Shown piece after piece: positions 1-8,680 of a stretch of DNA of 64,000 nucleotides. This DNA comes from an uncultured Acidimicrobiaceae bacterium (lineage in GTDB: Bacteria; Actinomycetota; Acidimicrobiia; Acidimicrobiales; Bog-793), in assembly GCA_963841155.1 (NCBI GenBank), contig CAWJBM010000002.1, positions 424,238 through 488,237 on the forward strand, in the 5' to 3' direction. Positions within the stretch are counted from its first letter, which is position 1. Each line of letters opens with the position of its first letter. A program made the translations under genes and the position numbers. Under the pieces are notes generated by a model that was not told where the DNA came from, searched no databases, and saw only the letters and a list, made by a program, of their open reading frames with translations.

Positions 1-676
1 AACCGATCACGTCCGCGACGTCCTCGGGCTGTCCGAGCCTGCCGAGCGGCGACATCTCCCGCACCATCTCGATGTCCTCGAGGCTGTTGACCCCGTGGAG
101 CAAGTCGGTGTCGGTCGCTCCGGGCGAGACGGTGTTGACGGTGATGCCCCGTCCGCCGAGCTCGTGGGCGGCGATCACCGTGAGCTGCTCGACGGCACCC
201 TTGCTGGCGGCGTACAGCGATATGCCCGGCTCGGGCATGACCGTGTTGACGGTGGACACGTTGACGATCCTGCCGCCGTCGGGCATGCGCCGGGCCGCCT
301 CACGCAGGGCGTCGAAGACCGTGCGCAGGTTGACCTGCATAACCCGCTCATAGTCCTCGTCGGACAGCTCGACGAGTTTCCCCAGGCCGGCGATGGCGGC
401 GTTGTTGACGAGAATGTCGACGGGCCCGGCGAACGCCTCGGCAGCGTCCCACAGTCGCGCGGCAGCACCCGGTTCGGCCAAGTCCGCCTGGACGGCCGTC
501 GCCCGGCCGCCGGCCGCCGTCACGCCAGCGGCAACCTCCTCGGCGGCGCGGTGATCGGCGCGGTAGCCGAAAGTGACGGTGGCGCCGTCGCGAGCCAGCC
601 GTTGCACCACCGCCCGCCCGATCCCTCGCGAGCCGCCGGTCACCAGGGCCATCTGGCCGTCGAGCACCCCGCTCAC
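1..676 (-). CDS. Short-chain dehydrogenase/reductase (classical SDR); the 3' end runs off the window
   Basis: Absent from the ORF track because it is open at the window edge. My reverse-strand translation reads VSGVLDGQMALVTGGSRGIGRAVVQRLARDGATV ... VNNAAIAG ... SLYAASKGAVEQLT ... VNTVSPGATDT. These are the TGxxxGxG, NNAG and YxxxK SDR motifs. GTG start at 676, alternative ATG at 652. Confidence 0.85.
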   Translation of the reverse strand, partial: MSGVLDGQMALVTGGSRGIGRAVVQRLARDGATVTFGYRADHRAAEEVAAGVTAAGGRATAVQADLAEPGAAARLWDAAEAFAGPVDILVNNAAIAGLGKLVELSDEDYERVMQVNLRTVFDALREAARRMPDGGRIVNVSTVNTVMPEPGISLYAASKGAVEQLTVIAAHELGGRGITVNTVSPGATDTDLLHGVNSLEDIEMVREMSPLGRLGQPEDVADVIG

Positions 677-872
677 ACGTCCGCCCTTGCTCGTCGTCGC
701 ATCGCGGCGAGATCCTGCCACAGCCGTGGCGCGGTACCACCGAGAGGGACTGGTTCGGACCCGGGGGTCCGGGTGGGATCGCTGCGGGGATGCATCGGCG
801 GCCCGAACAGAAGGGCAGAGAGGCCCGGCCCCGGGAACTCGCCGGCCAACGCCTCAATTGATCTGGGCGGCC

Positions 873-1160
873 TTAGCTTTCCGGAAACGCCCGGTCGATG
901 GCGGCAAGTAGGTCCGCATCGGACAGGTACAGGTACCTCGTGGTCGTGGCGATGTTCGAGTGACCCATCAGTCGCTGGACAACTTGGATGTCCTCGCCCA
1001 GGCGCACGAGGGAAGTGGCGTAGGTGTGACGCCAACGGTGTGGGTGGTGGCGGTCGGTGACGCCCGCCGAGACCCCGGCCTCGAAAACCAGAGCGTGCAG
1101 CGCCCGAGCCCCGTAGCGACCGCGGAGGCTCCCGTTGCCGCTCCAGCACCGCGGAGATCC
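873..1160 (-). pseudogene. Tyrosine recombinase/integrase, C-terminal remnant only
   Basis: The ORF 873..1415 ends ...HRWRHTYATSLVRLGEDIQVVQRLMGHSNIATTTRYLYLSDADLLAAIDRAFPES, which is the HxxR...Y catalytic C-terminus. Upstream sequence is not integrase-like, and there is no room for an N-terminal domain before the divergent gene at 1359. Confidence 0.75.
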
Positions 1161-1358
1161 TCTCTGCCTCCTCGGTGCTGGTCGGACGTACCGACCAAGA
1201 CGCGTACAGGTCTCTTGGCGGATGCGAGGCGCGACTACCCATCCGGTTGCTGACGATGACTCGTAGCAGGTAACAGCCAGGTTACAAGGTGACCAGCGTG
1301 TGACCTTCCGCTGCGGAAGAATGCTCTCGACGCCGCTACGACCGAGGAATGCGAGCAA

Positions 1359-2570
1359 ATGAGAGGGAACGAGAGTCGCGCTGACCGCGCCCGTGGCACC
1401 ACTTCGAGGGCGCATCGACGGCGACGGCGACGCCTCCTGATCGCGGCGCCTTTCCTAATGCTCGTGACGTGGGCGGTGGTCTCGTACACAATTTGGATGG
1501 TGCAGCCAACGAGCACGTCATTCGGCGCGCGCAGTGTCGAGTGGGTAAGAGCAGACGTGCCGTTCGGCAACCGGCTCGTCGACGAGGCCGAGCACTACTA
1601 CTACGGAGCGAGAGCGCCGAAGAAGGGCGGCCCGCAGCTGAAGCGCCTGCCGGTCGTCGGCCTACCCTCCACGCCAAGTCGCGGCCCGGGAACCGCCAAG
1701 ACGTCACCTGCCACTGCGTGGCCGGCGCCCATCACGCCCGTCTTCTCGCACCGGCTCCCCGGTGAAGGAATCTGGAAGCCGACCGGTCCGCCCGTCAACG
1801 GTGGCCCACCCGTGCTCGTGACGACCTATCGCCCCGAGATCGACTATCCGCAGATCGTCGCCTACGTCGCCTGGTTCGACCACACGCGCACCGCGCTCGC
1901 GTACTACCCAGGGCGCTACGAGCCGCCGAACGCTGCCGTGCGGGGGCCGATGATGGTCCCCGGCGACCAGCGCTACCGACTGCTTGCGACCTTCAATGCC
2001 GGCTTCATCTACTCAGACGGCAGCAACGGCTCGAGCGACAACGGCCTCGTGAACGAACCGCTCACGGACGGAAACGCGACGCTGATCGGCTATCGGGACG
2101 GCCGCGTCGCGATCGTGAAGTGGAACGGCGGCCCGAACGCCGGGCCGAACGTCGCGTGGGCGCGCCAGAGCCTGGCTCCGATCGTCTGGAACGGTCAACT
2201 CAACCCCGAGTTGAACGAGAACCCGAACAGCCCCCAGTGGGGGTACACGCTCGGCGGCGTTACCCGCGTCTGGCGCACGGGCGTCGGCATCGACCGTCGC
2301 GGAAACCTCATCTTCGTCGCCGCCGACGACCAGACCGTGATCACCCTGGCGAAGATCCTGCAGCACGTCGGCGCGGTGGATGCGATGGAGTTTGACATCA
2401 ACCCCTATTGGCACACCCTCATCACCTACACCCACGGCCACGGCCTCGTGCCGACAATGGTCGAGCCCCAGCCCGACCAGGCCACCTCCCGCTACCTCGT
2501 CCCCGACGACCGCGACTTCTTCGCCGTCTACCGACGCCTGCCCGGTCCGATCACCGTCCCCTTCAATTAG
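1359..2570 (+). CDS. Membrane-anchored phosphodiester glycosidase family protein (DUF2233/NAGPA-like)
   Basis: 403 aa. Arg-rich N-terminus followed by one TM helix (LLIAAPFLMLVTWAVVSYTIW). The C-terminal domain carries ATFNAGF..., RTGVGIDRRGNLIFVAADD and AMEFDINPYW, which I recognise from the family PGAP annotates as phosphodiester glycosidase. Confidence 0.8.
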   Translation: MRGNESRADRARGTTSRAHRRRRRRLLIAAPFLMLVTWAVVSYTIWMVQPTSTSFGARSVEWVRADVPFGNRLVDEAEHYYYGARAPKKGGPQLKRLPVVGLPSTPSRGPGTAKTSPATAWPAPITPVFSHRLPGEGIWKPTGPPVNGGPPVLVTTYRPEIDYPQIVAYVAWFDHTRTALAYYPGRYEPPNAAVRGPMMVPGDQRYRLLATFNAGFIYSDGSNGSSDNGLVNEPLTDGNATLIGYRDGRVAIVKWNGGPNAGPNVAWARQSLAPIVWNGQLNPELNENPNSPQWGYTLGGVTRVWRTGVGIDRRGNLIFVAADDQTVITLAKILQHVGAVDAMEFDINPYWHTLITYTHGHGLVPTMVEPQPDQATSRYLVPDDRDFFAVYRRLPGPITVPFN

Positions 2571-2717
2571 CCGAGGGCTTTGTCGAGGAATGTACTGCGA
2601 CGCCCACATCGTGGGCGCGAGTTACGTGATTCTCACCGAGGCCGACCGGGCCTACCTGAAGATGCTGGAGGAGTGCTCGGCATGTAGCCGGATATGCGGA
2701 CCGTGGAGTAACTGCCC

Positions 2718-2877
2718 TCAGCTTTCTGGGAACGCCCGGTCGACAGCCTCGAGCAGGTCCGCGTCCGACAAGTGCAAGTACTTCGTGGTGGTCGCGATGT
2801 TGGAATGGCCATCAGGCGCTGGACGACGTGGATGCCCTCGCCACGACAGACGAGGGTCGCGGCGTAGCTGGCGATTA
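2718..2877 (-). pseudogene. Second tyrosine recombinase C-terminal remnant, frameshifted
   Basis: It reads GHSNIATTTKYLHLSDADLLEAVDRAFPES in one frame and SYAATLVCRGEGIHVVQRL in another. A 1-nt loss in a G run lies between the QRLM and GHS codons. It is paralogous to the remnant at 873, roughly three quarters identical at DNA level by eye. It is truncated exactly where the ORF 2875..3087 ends. Confidence 0.7.
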
Positions 2878-3087
2878 CGACTTGCGCTCGGCTGCCAGCG
2901 CCTTATTGACCTCATCGTAAGTATCCATCGCCGCGCCTTCGAACGCGGCCCAGTATTCGAAACCCGCCTCATCACCGAAATCGGGCGGCATGTCATCGTT
3001 CTGGAGCATCTGCCTGATTGAGTCAAAGGGAGCATCTTCGTCGTCCTCGGAGCAGCTCAAGGTCCAGCTGTCAGCGTTGCGGCGCAA
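2875..3087 (-). CDS. Hypothetical small acidic protein
   Basis: 70-aa ORF, Asp/Glu-rich (SEDDEDAPFDSIRQMLQNDDMPPDFGDEAGFEYW), in a locally less GC-rich patch. I recognise no motif. Confidence 0.3.
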   Translation of the reverse strand: MRRNADSWTLSCSEDDEDAPFDSIRQMLQNDDMPPDFGDEAGFEYWAAFEGAAMDTYDEVNKALAAERKS

Positions 3088-3439
3088 GCTCCTATTGCGC
3101 GTACAGGGGAACTACCTCGAAGCCACGTCCATTCAGGCTGATTGGGAGGCGTGCCAGGAGAGGGCAATATGGGCGCCTTTCCCAGCGCCCCCGTTCGAAC
3201 TTGACAAGTACCGAACGGCGATCTCGTGCGCACGCGTAGCCGTCGATCGGTACGGCCCGACCTGTGTCCGGGGGTGCGCAGATCGAACAATCTCGCGTTC
3301 TCGAAGGGGCTGTGGCACCCGAACCCCGTCGGCCAGGCGACTGAACCTCGGTCGACCGAGTGCCCGAGCGCGTTCGCGCCAAGACGTAACAGTGTCGGAA
3401 GTCCGAGCTTCTGGGAGTTAGCGAGAGAGGACAACGGAC

Positions 3440-4206
3440 GTGGCCACGCTGGACCGCGGCGGTGTGAAGTTGTCCCACGAGGAGGCCGGGTCCGGAACTC
3501 CCGCGATGGTGTTCGTGCACGGATGGACGTGTGATCGTTCCTACTTCGCCCCGCAGTGCGAGCACTTCCGAGAGAGCCATCGCGTCATCGCCCTCGACCT
3601 CCGGGGCCACGGCGACAGCGATGCGCCTGAAGGCGACTACTCGATGTCCGTCTTAGCCGACGACGTTGCATGGCTGTGCACACAACTCGGCGTCACAGGC
3701 GCTGTCGTCGTCGGCCACAGCATGGGCGCCATCGTCGGTATCGAACTGACGGCGCGCCATCCGCAGCTGGTCTCTGCCCTTGTCTTGGTCGAGCCGGGGC
3801 CGATTGCCCCGCCTCCCGAGCTAGCGGCTCTGCTGTCAGGCTTCGTCGAGGCCATGTCCGGGCCGGACCCCGAAGCTGTGCGGCGTGACTTCGTAAGCAA
3901 GTCGTTGTTCCTTCCGAGTGACGACCCCGTCCTGAAGGAGCGCGTGCTCGTTGGGATGCTCGCAGCGCCGAACCATGTCGCCCTCGAGTGCTTCCGAGGT
4001 ATGGCGACTTGGCCGGGCGAGACCGTCATCAAGGCCGTGGGCGTCCCGGTGCTCGCCGTCCACGCCGATACCTCGATCAACGAACCCGAGCGGCTGGCCG
4101 CCCTGTGCCAACTCTTACGAATGCCCAGACGCCCGGAGTGGGTCACTTCAACCACTTGCTCGCCCCGGCGGAGGTCAACCGGCTCGTCGAACAGTTCGTC
4201 GGCTAG
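3440..4206 (+). pseudogene. Alpha/beta hydrolase with a single frameshift near 4105-4115
   Basis: Frame A (3440..) has VFVHGW, RVIALDLRGHGDS and the nucleophile elbow VVGHSMGA, then degenerates after ...ERLAALC. Frame B (ORF 3988..4206) ends TPGVGHFNHLLAPAEVNRLVEQFVG, the catalytic-His region and natural C-terminus. The frames join if tgccaact was tgcccaact, i.e. one C lost from a run. Confidence 0.8.
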
Positions 4207-4455
4207 ACAATCATTGGTCTGGCCGGGCACGCCAGTTGTCACCGGCGGCAGCCCAGCAGAGGTGCTGCGCTGCAGGGTCAGTTTCAGGCGGCGTTGACAC
4301 GCGGCGCCGCTGCCGCCAGATTCGGCAGGATCGCCCGACACCGCCCGTAGCCGTCGATCGGGCGCGGTCCGACCCCTCCCTGGTGCGATGCTCTGGCCGG
4401 CTGTTCGGCGTGGCGCTCAGAAGTCGGCTGGCTGGGGGAAGGCACCGCGTCTGTC

Positions 4456-4845
4456 ATGCTTTCCGGCGTGCTCGGACGACTGCACCACGTAGTGCTCGAC
4501 TGCCCCGACCCGGTCGCCCTGGCAGCTTTCTACTCCCAACTGCTCGGGCAGCCGATCACCTACCAGAGCGACGACTGGGTTGTCGTGGCTGCCAACGACA
4601 CCTCGTCTGGCCTGGCCTTCCAGCTCGCCGCAGACCACCGCCCGCCCACGTGGCCTGATCCCGCGGTCCCTCAGCAGGTTCACCTGGACGTCATGGTCGA
4701 AGACGTGGCCACCGCGGAGCCTCGAGTGCTGGCGCTCGGGGCAAAGAAAATCGACGGCGAAAATGTCTACGCCGACCCGGCCGGTCACCCCTTTTGCCTC
4801 ATCCGACGACCGGGATGGGCACCACCCATCCCCGCGGACGTGTGA
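4456..4845 (+). CDS. VOC (glyoxalase/bleomycin-resistance/dioxygenase) family protein
   Basis: 129 aa. The pattern LHHVVLDCPDPVALAAFYSQLLG ... HLDVMVEDV ... DPAGHPFCL is typical of glyoxalase-like domain proteins. Confidence 0.85.
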   Translation: MLSGVLGRLHHVVLDCPDPVALAAFYSQLLGQPITYQSDDWVVVAANDTSSGLAFQLAADHRPPTWPDPAVPQQVHLDVMVEDVATAEPRVLALGAKKIDGENVYADPAGHPFCLIRRPGWAPPIPADV

Positions 4846-5144
4846 CAGTCCCACCACCCGGCGATCATCGGCTTCGGTAGACGCGGATCGACTCCGACGT
4901 GGCCCGACGAGGAGCGCCGGATAGCGCTCGTCTGCCAAGCCAGCGGACACGCATACTCGGCGATCAGGGCGCGAGGGGCGCTCACCGAACCGTGTCCCAG
5001 AACGCGCGCCTGGCACAGCGAGCGAGAACGCCACCTACCGCCGGGTCGGCGACGTTCGCGATCGTGGCCGAGCGGCACACCTGGGCGGCCGGTCTGTAGC
5101 AGCCGAAGGCAAGGCTTGCTCTGGCCGGGGCGAGTCTCCTGCGA

Positions 5145-5483
5145 TCAGACGAGCGGGTCGAACATGATCTCCCGGACCTCCTGAGCGCAGCGGCAGGCGA
5201 CGGCGAACTTGGTGGCCCACTTAAGTGCCTCTTCGCGTGAGGGCACCTCGACGATCGCGAACCCGCCGATGACAGCCTTGGTCTCCGGGTACGGGCCGAC
5301 GGTGACCTTCCCGTCGGCAGTCACGATGCTCGCCCGCTGGCTCTCCACCCCGCCGCCGAAGACCCACACACCTGCCTGCTGTGCCGCCCGGACCACCTGA
5401 TGTGCGGCCTCGCCCACTGCAGGCGTCTCCTCCTCGGGGAAGGTCATCGCGCCATCATCGAACGAGATCAGGTACCGCGTCAT
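5145..5483 (-). CDS. YciI (DGPF-domain) family protein
   Basis: 112 aa: MTRYLISF ... VWVFGGGV ... GPYPETKAVIGGFAIVEVPSREEALKWA. This is the characteristic YCII-related domain pattern. A purine-rich SD (GGGAGAAGGGAG) precedes the ATG. Confidence 0.85.
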   Translation of the reverse strand: MTRYLISFDDGAMTFPEEETPAVGEAAHQVVRAAQQAGVWVFGGGVESQRASIVTADGKVTVGPYPETKAVIGGFAIVEVPSREEALKWATKFAVACRCAQEVREIMFDPLV

Positions 5484-5526
5484 CCCAGGACTCCCTTCTC
5501 CCAGCGGCAGCGGGGCGGTGGTCGAC

Positions 5527-5554
5527 GGGGTTCGAACATAGTCTCATCACTTCC
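5527..5554 (-). repeat. 28-nt box, copy 1 (GGGGTTCGAACATAGTCTCATCACTTCC on the + strand)
   Basis: 26 of 28 nt identical to 5645..5672. On the - strand it reads GGAAGTGATGAGACTATGTTCGAACCCC, an SD-like purine run followed by two ATGs. Confidence 0.9.
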
Positions 5555-5644
5555 GGCGCCGACCTGCCGGCGAGCCGTCCGGCACCAGAAGTTCGCGCAA
5601 GCTCAGGCTTTCGTGCCGCATAACCCCATGTCAACGGGCCAGGA

Positions 5645-5672
5645 GGGGTTCGAACATAGTCTCATTACCTCC
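5645..5672 (-). repeat. 28-nt box, copy 2 (GGGGTTCGAACATAGTCTCATTACCTCC on the + strand)
   Basis: Direct repeat of 5527..5554, 118 nt away. The - strand reads GGAGGTAATGAGACTATGTTCGAACCCC. Confidence 0.9.
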
Positions 5673-5747
5673 ACTCCGTTGTAAGAATCACAACGTTTTA
5701 CCTGCTCAGCGCACACTTTTCGTGTCCGGTCGCTCGCCGACATCGAG
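5668..5747 (-). ncRNA. Conserved structured intergenic element, copy A (candidate cis-regulatory RNA or operator)
   Basis: About 80 nt alignable with 19446..19526. The 33-nt core ACTTTTCGTGTCCGGTCGCTCGCCGACATCGAG differs from copy B by 2 substitutions and a 2-nt indel. Two hairpins are possible in both copies, and on the - strand the element ends in GTGGAGG. Confidence 0.4.
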
Positions 5748-5813
5748 ACCCTTGTGTTGTCCGTACGGTTCGCATTGACCAGCTTGTCCCCCGCGTACCA
5801 TTCGTACTCTTCA

Positions 5814-7370
5814 TCAAGCGGGGGAACCGACTGCATCTGAGGGTGCCGGCTCTGGACGAGGCTGATGCGACACCACGAAGTCCCGGGACCGGATGAGACC
5901 GAAAGAGCAGACCGTACCGACAAGGGCCAGGACGGCGCTGATCACGAGCAGCACGTCGAGAGAACCGGCGAAGCTGGAGTGGATGGCTGCGACGAGCGAG
6001 CCTCGTAGCGGCTCGGGCACGATGTGGATGGCTTGCGCAGCCTTGCCTTGTTGTACGTCGATGACCAACGCCGGCAAGAGTCGCTGCAGTGAGGCGGTAC
6101 CAGCGAGGGCTTGGTCCATCTTGTGGTGCAGCGACGCAGCAAAGATCGATCCGTAAACCGCGATGCCGGTGGCAATGCCGATCTGGCGAAAGGTGGCGTT
6201 GACACCCGAGGCCATGCCCGAGCGCTGGGGAGTAACGACGCCCACTGCGGTAGACGCCAACGGCGGGTTGACCATGCCGCTCCCGGCGCCGGCCACGATG
6301 AAGCCAGGGATGAGGTGTGTCCACGAGCTGGCCCCGTCGAGTCCGGTCATGAGCAGGAGGCCGAGCCCAACCAGGAAAAGGCCAGGCCCGACGAGCCAGC
6401 GGACGGGCATGTGGGTGCTGAGCCGTCCGGCGATCGTCGCCGTGACCAGGGTCACACAGCTCATGATGAGCAGTCGGAGACCCGTCTGCAGAGCGGAGTA
6501 GCCCAGATCGTCCTGCAGGTAGAGCACGAGGTACAAGAGCATCGCGTAGAGCGAACCGTTCATGGCATACGCGGCGGCAAGTCCCCCGCCAAATGTCGGA
6601 ATGCGAAACAGCGAGAGGTCGAACATCGGATGCTCCGCTCGCCGCTCCACCGCCACAAACGCCCCCAAGAACACCACGGCGAGAGTGAGGCAGACGAGGA
6701 CGCCAGTGTCGCTCCAGGCAATCTCGCCGGCGCGAATCAGGCCATAGACCAGGCTGACCAGCCCGGCCGTGAGGGTTGCGAACCCGGCCCAGTCGGGCCG
6801 GGCGGCATTCGGCGTCTTGGACTCATCCACCTGCAACCTGGTGATCGCCAGCGCGCCAACACCGACCGGCAGGTTCACCAAGAAGATGCCCCGCCAGCCG
6901 ATTCCCGACGTGATCACCCCACCCAGCACCGGTCCGAGTGCCACGGCAATGGCAGTGATTCCTCCCCAGATCCCGAACGCCACCCCTCGTTCATGGCCAT
7001 GGAAGCTCTGCGCCAACAGAGCCAGAGACGTGGTGAAGAGGATGGCCCCGCCAATGCCCTGGCCGCTTCGGGACAGGATCAACATGATCGGCGACTGGGC
7101 CACCCCGCAGAGCAGCGAACCGAGCGTGAAGACGATGAGGCCGATGGTGAACAGCAGCCGTCGTCCGTAACGGTCGGCCAGGGATCCGGCGGTGAGCAGC
7201 ACGGATGCCAGCGTCAGTGCGTAGGCGTCCACGACCCACTGCAGGTCGCTGAAGCTCGCGTGCAGGCCCGACTGGATGGTCGGGAGCGCAATCACGACGA
7301 TCGTCACGTCCAGGAGCAACATGAAGGTGGCTGCGCACACCACCACTAGGGTCCACCACTTCTTTTCCAT
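5814..7370 (-). CDS. MFS transporter, DHA2 (EmrB/QacA-like, 14-TMS) drug/H+ antiporter family
   Basis: 518 aa. MEKKWWTLVVVCAATFMLLLDVTIVVIALPTIQ and LADRYGRRLLF (motif A region), with hydrophobic segments throughout. Size and N-terminal motif fit DHA2. Confidence 0.9.
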   Translation of the reverse strand: MEKKWWTLVVVCAATFMLLLDVTIVVIALPTIQSGLHASFSDLQWVVDAYALTLASVLLTAGSLADRYGRRLLFTIGLIVFTLGSLLCGVAQSPIMLILSRSGQGIGGAILFTTSLALLAQSFHGHERGVAFGIWGGITAIAVALGPVLGGVITSGIGWRGIFLVNLPVGVGALAITRLQVDESKTPNAARPDWAGFATLTAGLVSLVYGLIRAGEIAWSDTGVLVCLTLAVVFLGAFVAVERRAEHPMFDLSLFRIPTFGGGLAAAYAMNGSLYAMLLYLVLYLQDDLGYSALQTGLRLLIMSCVTLVTATIAGRLSTHMPVRWLVGPGLFLVGLGLLLMTGLDGASSWTHLIPGFIVAGAGSGMVNPPLASTAVGVVTPQRSGMASGVNATFRQIGIATGIAVYGSIFAASLHHKMDQALAGTASLQRLLPALVIDVQQGKAAQAIHIVPEPLRGSLVAAIHSSFAGSLDVLLVISAVLALVGTVCSFGLIRSRDFVVSHQPRPEPAPSDAVGSPA

Positions 7371-7455
7371 GACAGCCAGCCTGCTCCCGTAAGTCTGCGC
7401 CCGTCACCGATTTCGCAATATCCGCCTGTTTCCACCATGACGTTGAGTGAGGTGC

Positions 7456-8340
7456 ATGGCTTCCATCACTGTCGAAGCGCTGGACCGAAGAATCATCCAA
7501 GCTCTACATCGGTCCACGAGCGTCGTTCAGTCGACTGTCCGAGGTTCTCGGGTGACCATCGCCCGACGATACCGGCGGTTGTTCGATGGTCATGTCGTGC
7601 GGCTGTTGGCCAACTCGATTCGCAACGGCTCGGCCAGTCCGACTGGGCAGTCCGCATCCGCTGTGCTCCGGGCTCCGCTCCCGTCGTCGCCACCAAACTG
7701 GCGGAGCACCCTGACACCGTCCGGGTGTTGCTGAGCTCGGGGCAACCGACTTCTTCACCACGATTCACTCCCGCGACCGCGAAGGGCCCACCCCGCCGCT
7801 GCTCAGCCAGATCCCCGTGGGCCGTCAGGTCGTGGCCTTCGAGGCCTACTGCGTCCTCCATCCTCCATCTGTTCGCCACATGAGCGTCGCCCCCACCAGT
7901 CTCGAACGACCTCAGCCAAGAGGAGATCGACCGGCTCATTTCCCCAGCACGGGCCAGTCCGCCGATCGAACGCTCGACGGTCACGCTGCAGGACACCGAC
8001 TGGCCCCTCGTCCAGGCCCTCGCCCAAGACGGCCGCGCCACCTACCGACAGCTGGCGGTGCGCACCCACCGGCATGAGTCGACCGTCCGACGCCGGGTCG
8101 AGGAGCTCATCGCCTCAGGACGTGGACCTCGCCATCGAGGCCATTGGGTTCCGCTCTAGGGCCATGTTGTCGATGTCGACGGTCCCGGCCAAGCTCGACC
8201 GTGTCGGACAGGCTCTGGCAGATCTTCCCGAGGTCCCCTTCGTGGCTGCCACGACTGGATCGACCAACCTGGTTGCGGCAGTGCTCTGCCACAACGACCC
8301 ATCGCTCTACGAGTTCATCACGGGCGAGTTGGCCGAGGAC
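7456..8340 (+). pseudogene. Tandem-domain Lrp/AsnC-family regulator, multiply frameshifted
   Basis: Pieces lie in all three + frames. They include ALDRRIIQAL, then GPRASFSRLSEVLGV (shifted), TIARRYRRL, WAVRIRCAPGSAPVVATKLAEHPDTVRV and a second HTH (DWPLVQALAQDGRATYRQLAVRTHRHESTVRRRVEELIASG). The last piece is LDLAIEAIGFRSRAMLSMSTVPAKLDRVGQALADLPEVPFVAATTGSTNLVAAV. The gene is divergent from the MFS gene. Confidence 0.7.
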
Positions 8341-8344
8341 TCAG

Positions 8345-8461
8345 GGACTCGTCGAGGCGCTCAGCGACCGCGAGCTGGAGGTGCTCCGCCTCCTCGCTTC
8401 CGAATTGAGGGGGCCGGACATTGCCTGCGAGCTGTTGGTATCTCTCAGCCGTCAGGCGTAG
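8345..8461 (+). pseudogene. LuxR-family HTH fragment (C-terminal effector domain of a LAL-type regulator)
   Basis: GLVEALSDRELEVLRLLASELRGPDIACELLVSL followed by a premature stop. It abuts the Lrp remnant directly, implying a deletion junction. Confidence 0.6.
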
Positions 8462-8680
8462 CCAGGAACTCAGGCTGTTGTCGGGACCTCGTTAGAGGGA
8501 TCCGGGATGTGCCAGTGCCGACTGGGCAACAATCGCGAGCATTGAGCAGGTTCGGAGCCGCCGGCCGCTCGGTATCGACACCGAGAATCCGCACATAACT
8601 GCGGAGCCGAGTGACGGCCAGAGCCAGGACCGTTGGCGCCAGATCGTTCGCTTGCGCGCGCCCTGCGCGATGATCAGCCG

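Noticed and set aside
5527-5672. GGTTCGAAC strings examined as possible tRNA T-loops or att sites
   Set aside because: The flanking bases cannot form a T-stem, and there is no acceptor stem or anticodon arm. I saw no tRNA-like cloverleaf anywhere in the window.
5675-5700. Hairpin CGTTGT-N7-ACAACG followed by TTTTA on the + strand, considered as an intrinsic terminator
   Set aside because: No + strand gene ends nearby; the nearest, VOC, ends 830 nt upstream. The hairpin is better explained as part of the conserved - strand element also seen at 19446-19526, where no T-tract follows it.
6111-7349. 412-aa + strand ORF opposite the MFS gene, and similar long antisense or alternate-frame ORFs (95..1060, 27133..28017, 42957..44444, 43109..44347, 53107..54222, 53846..55018, 57924..59327, 58595..59758, 59295..60515)
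   Set aside because: These are typical GC-rich shadow ORFs. They are Arg/Gly/Pro/His-rich, carry no motifs, and each lies fully inside a well-supported gene on the other strand or frame.
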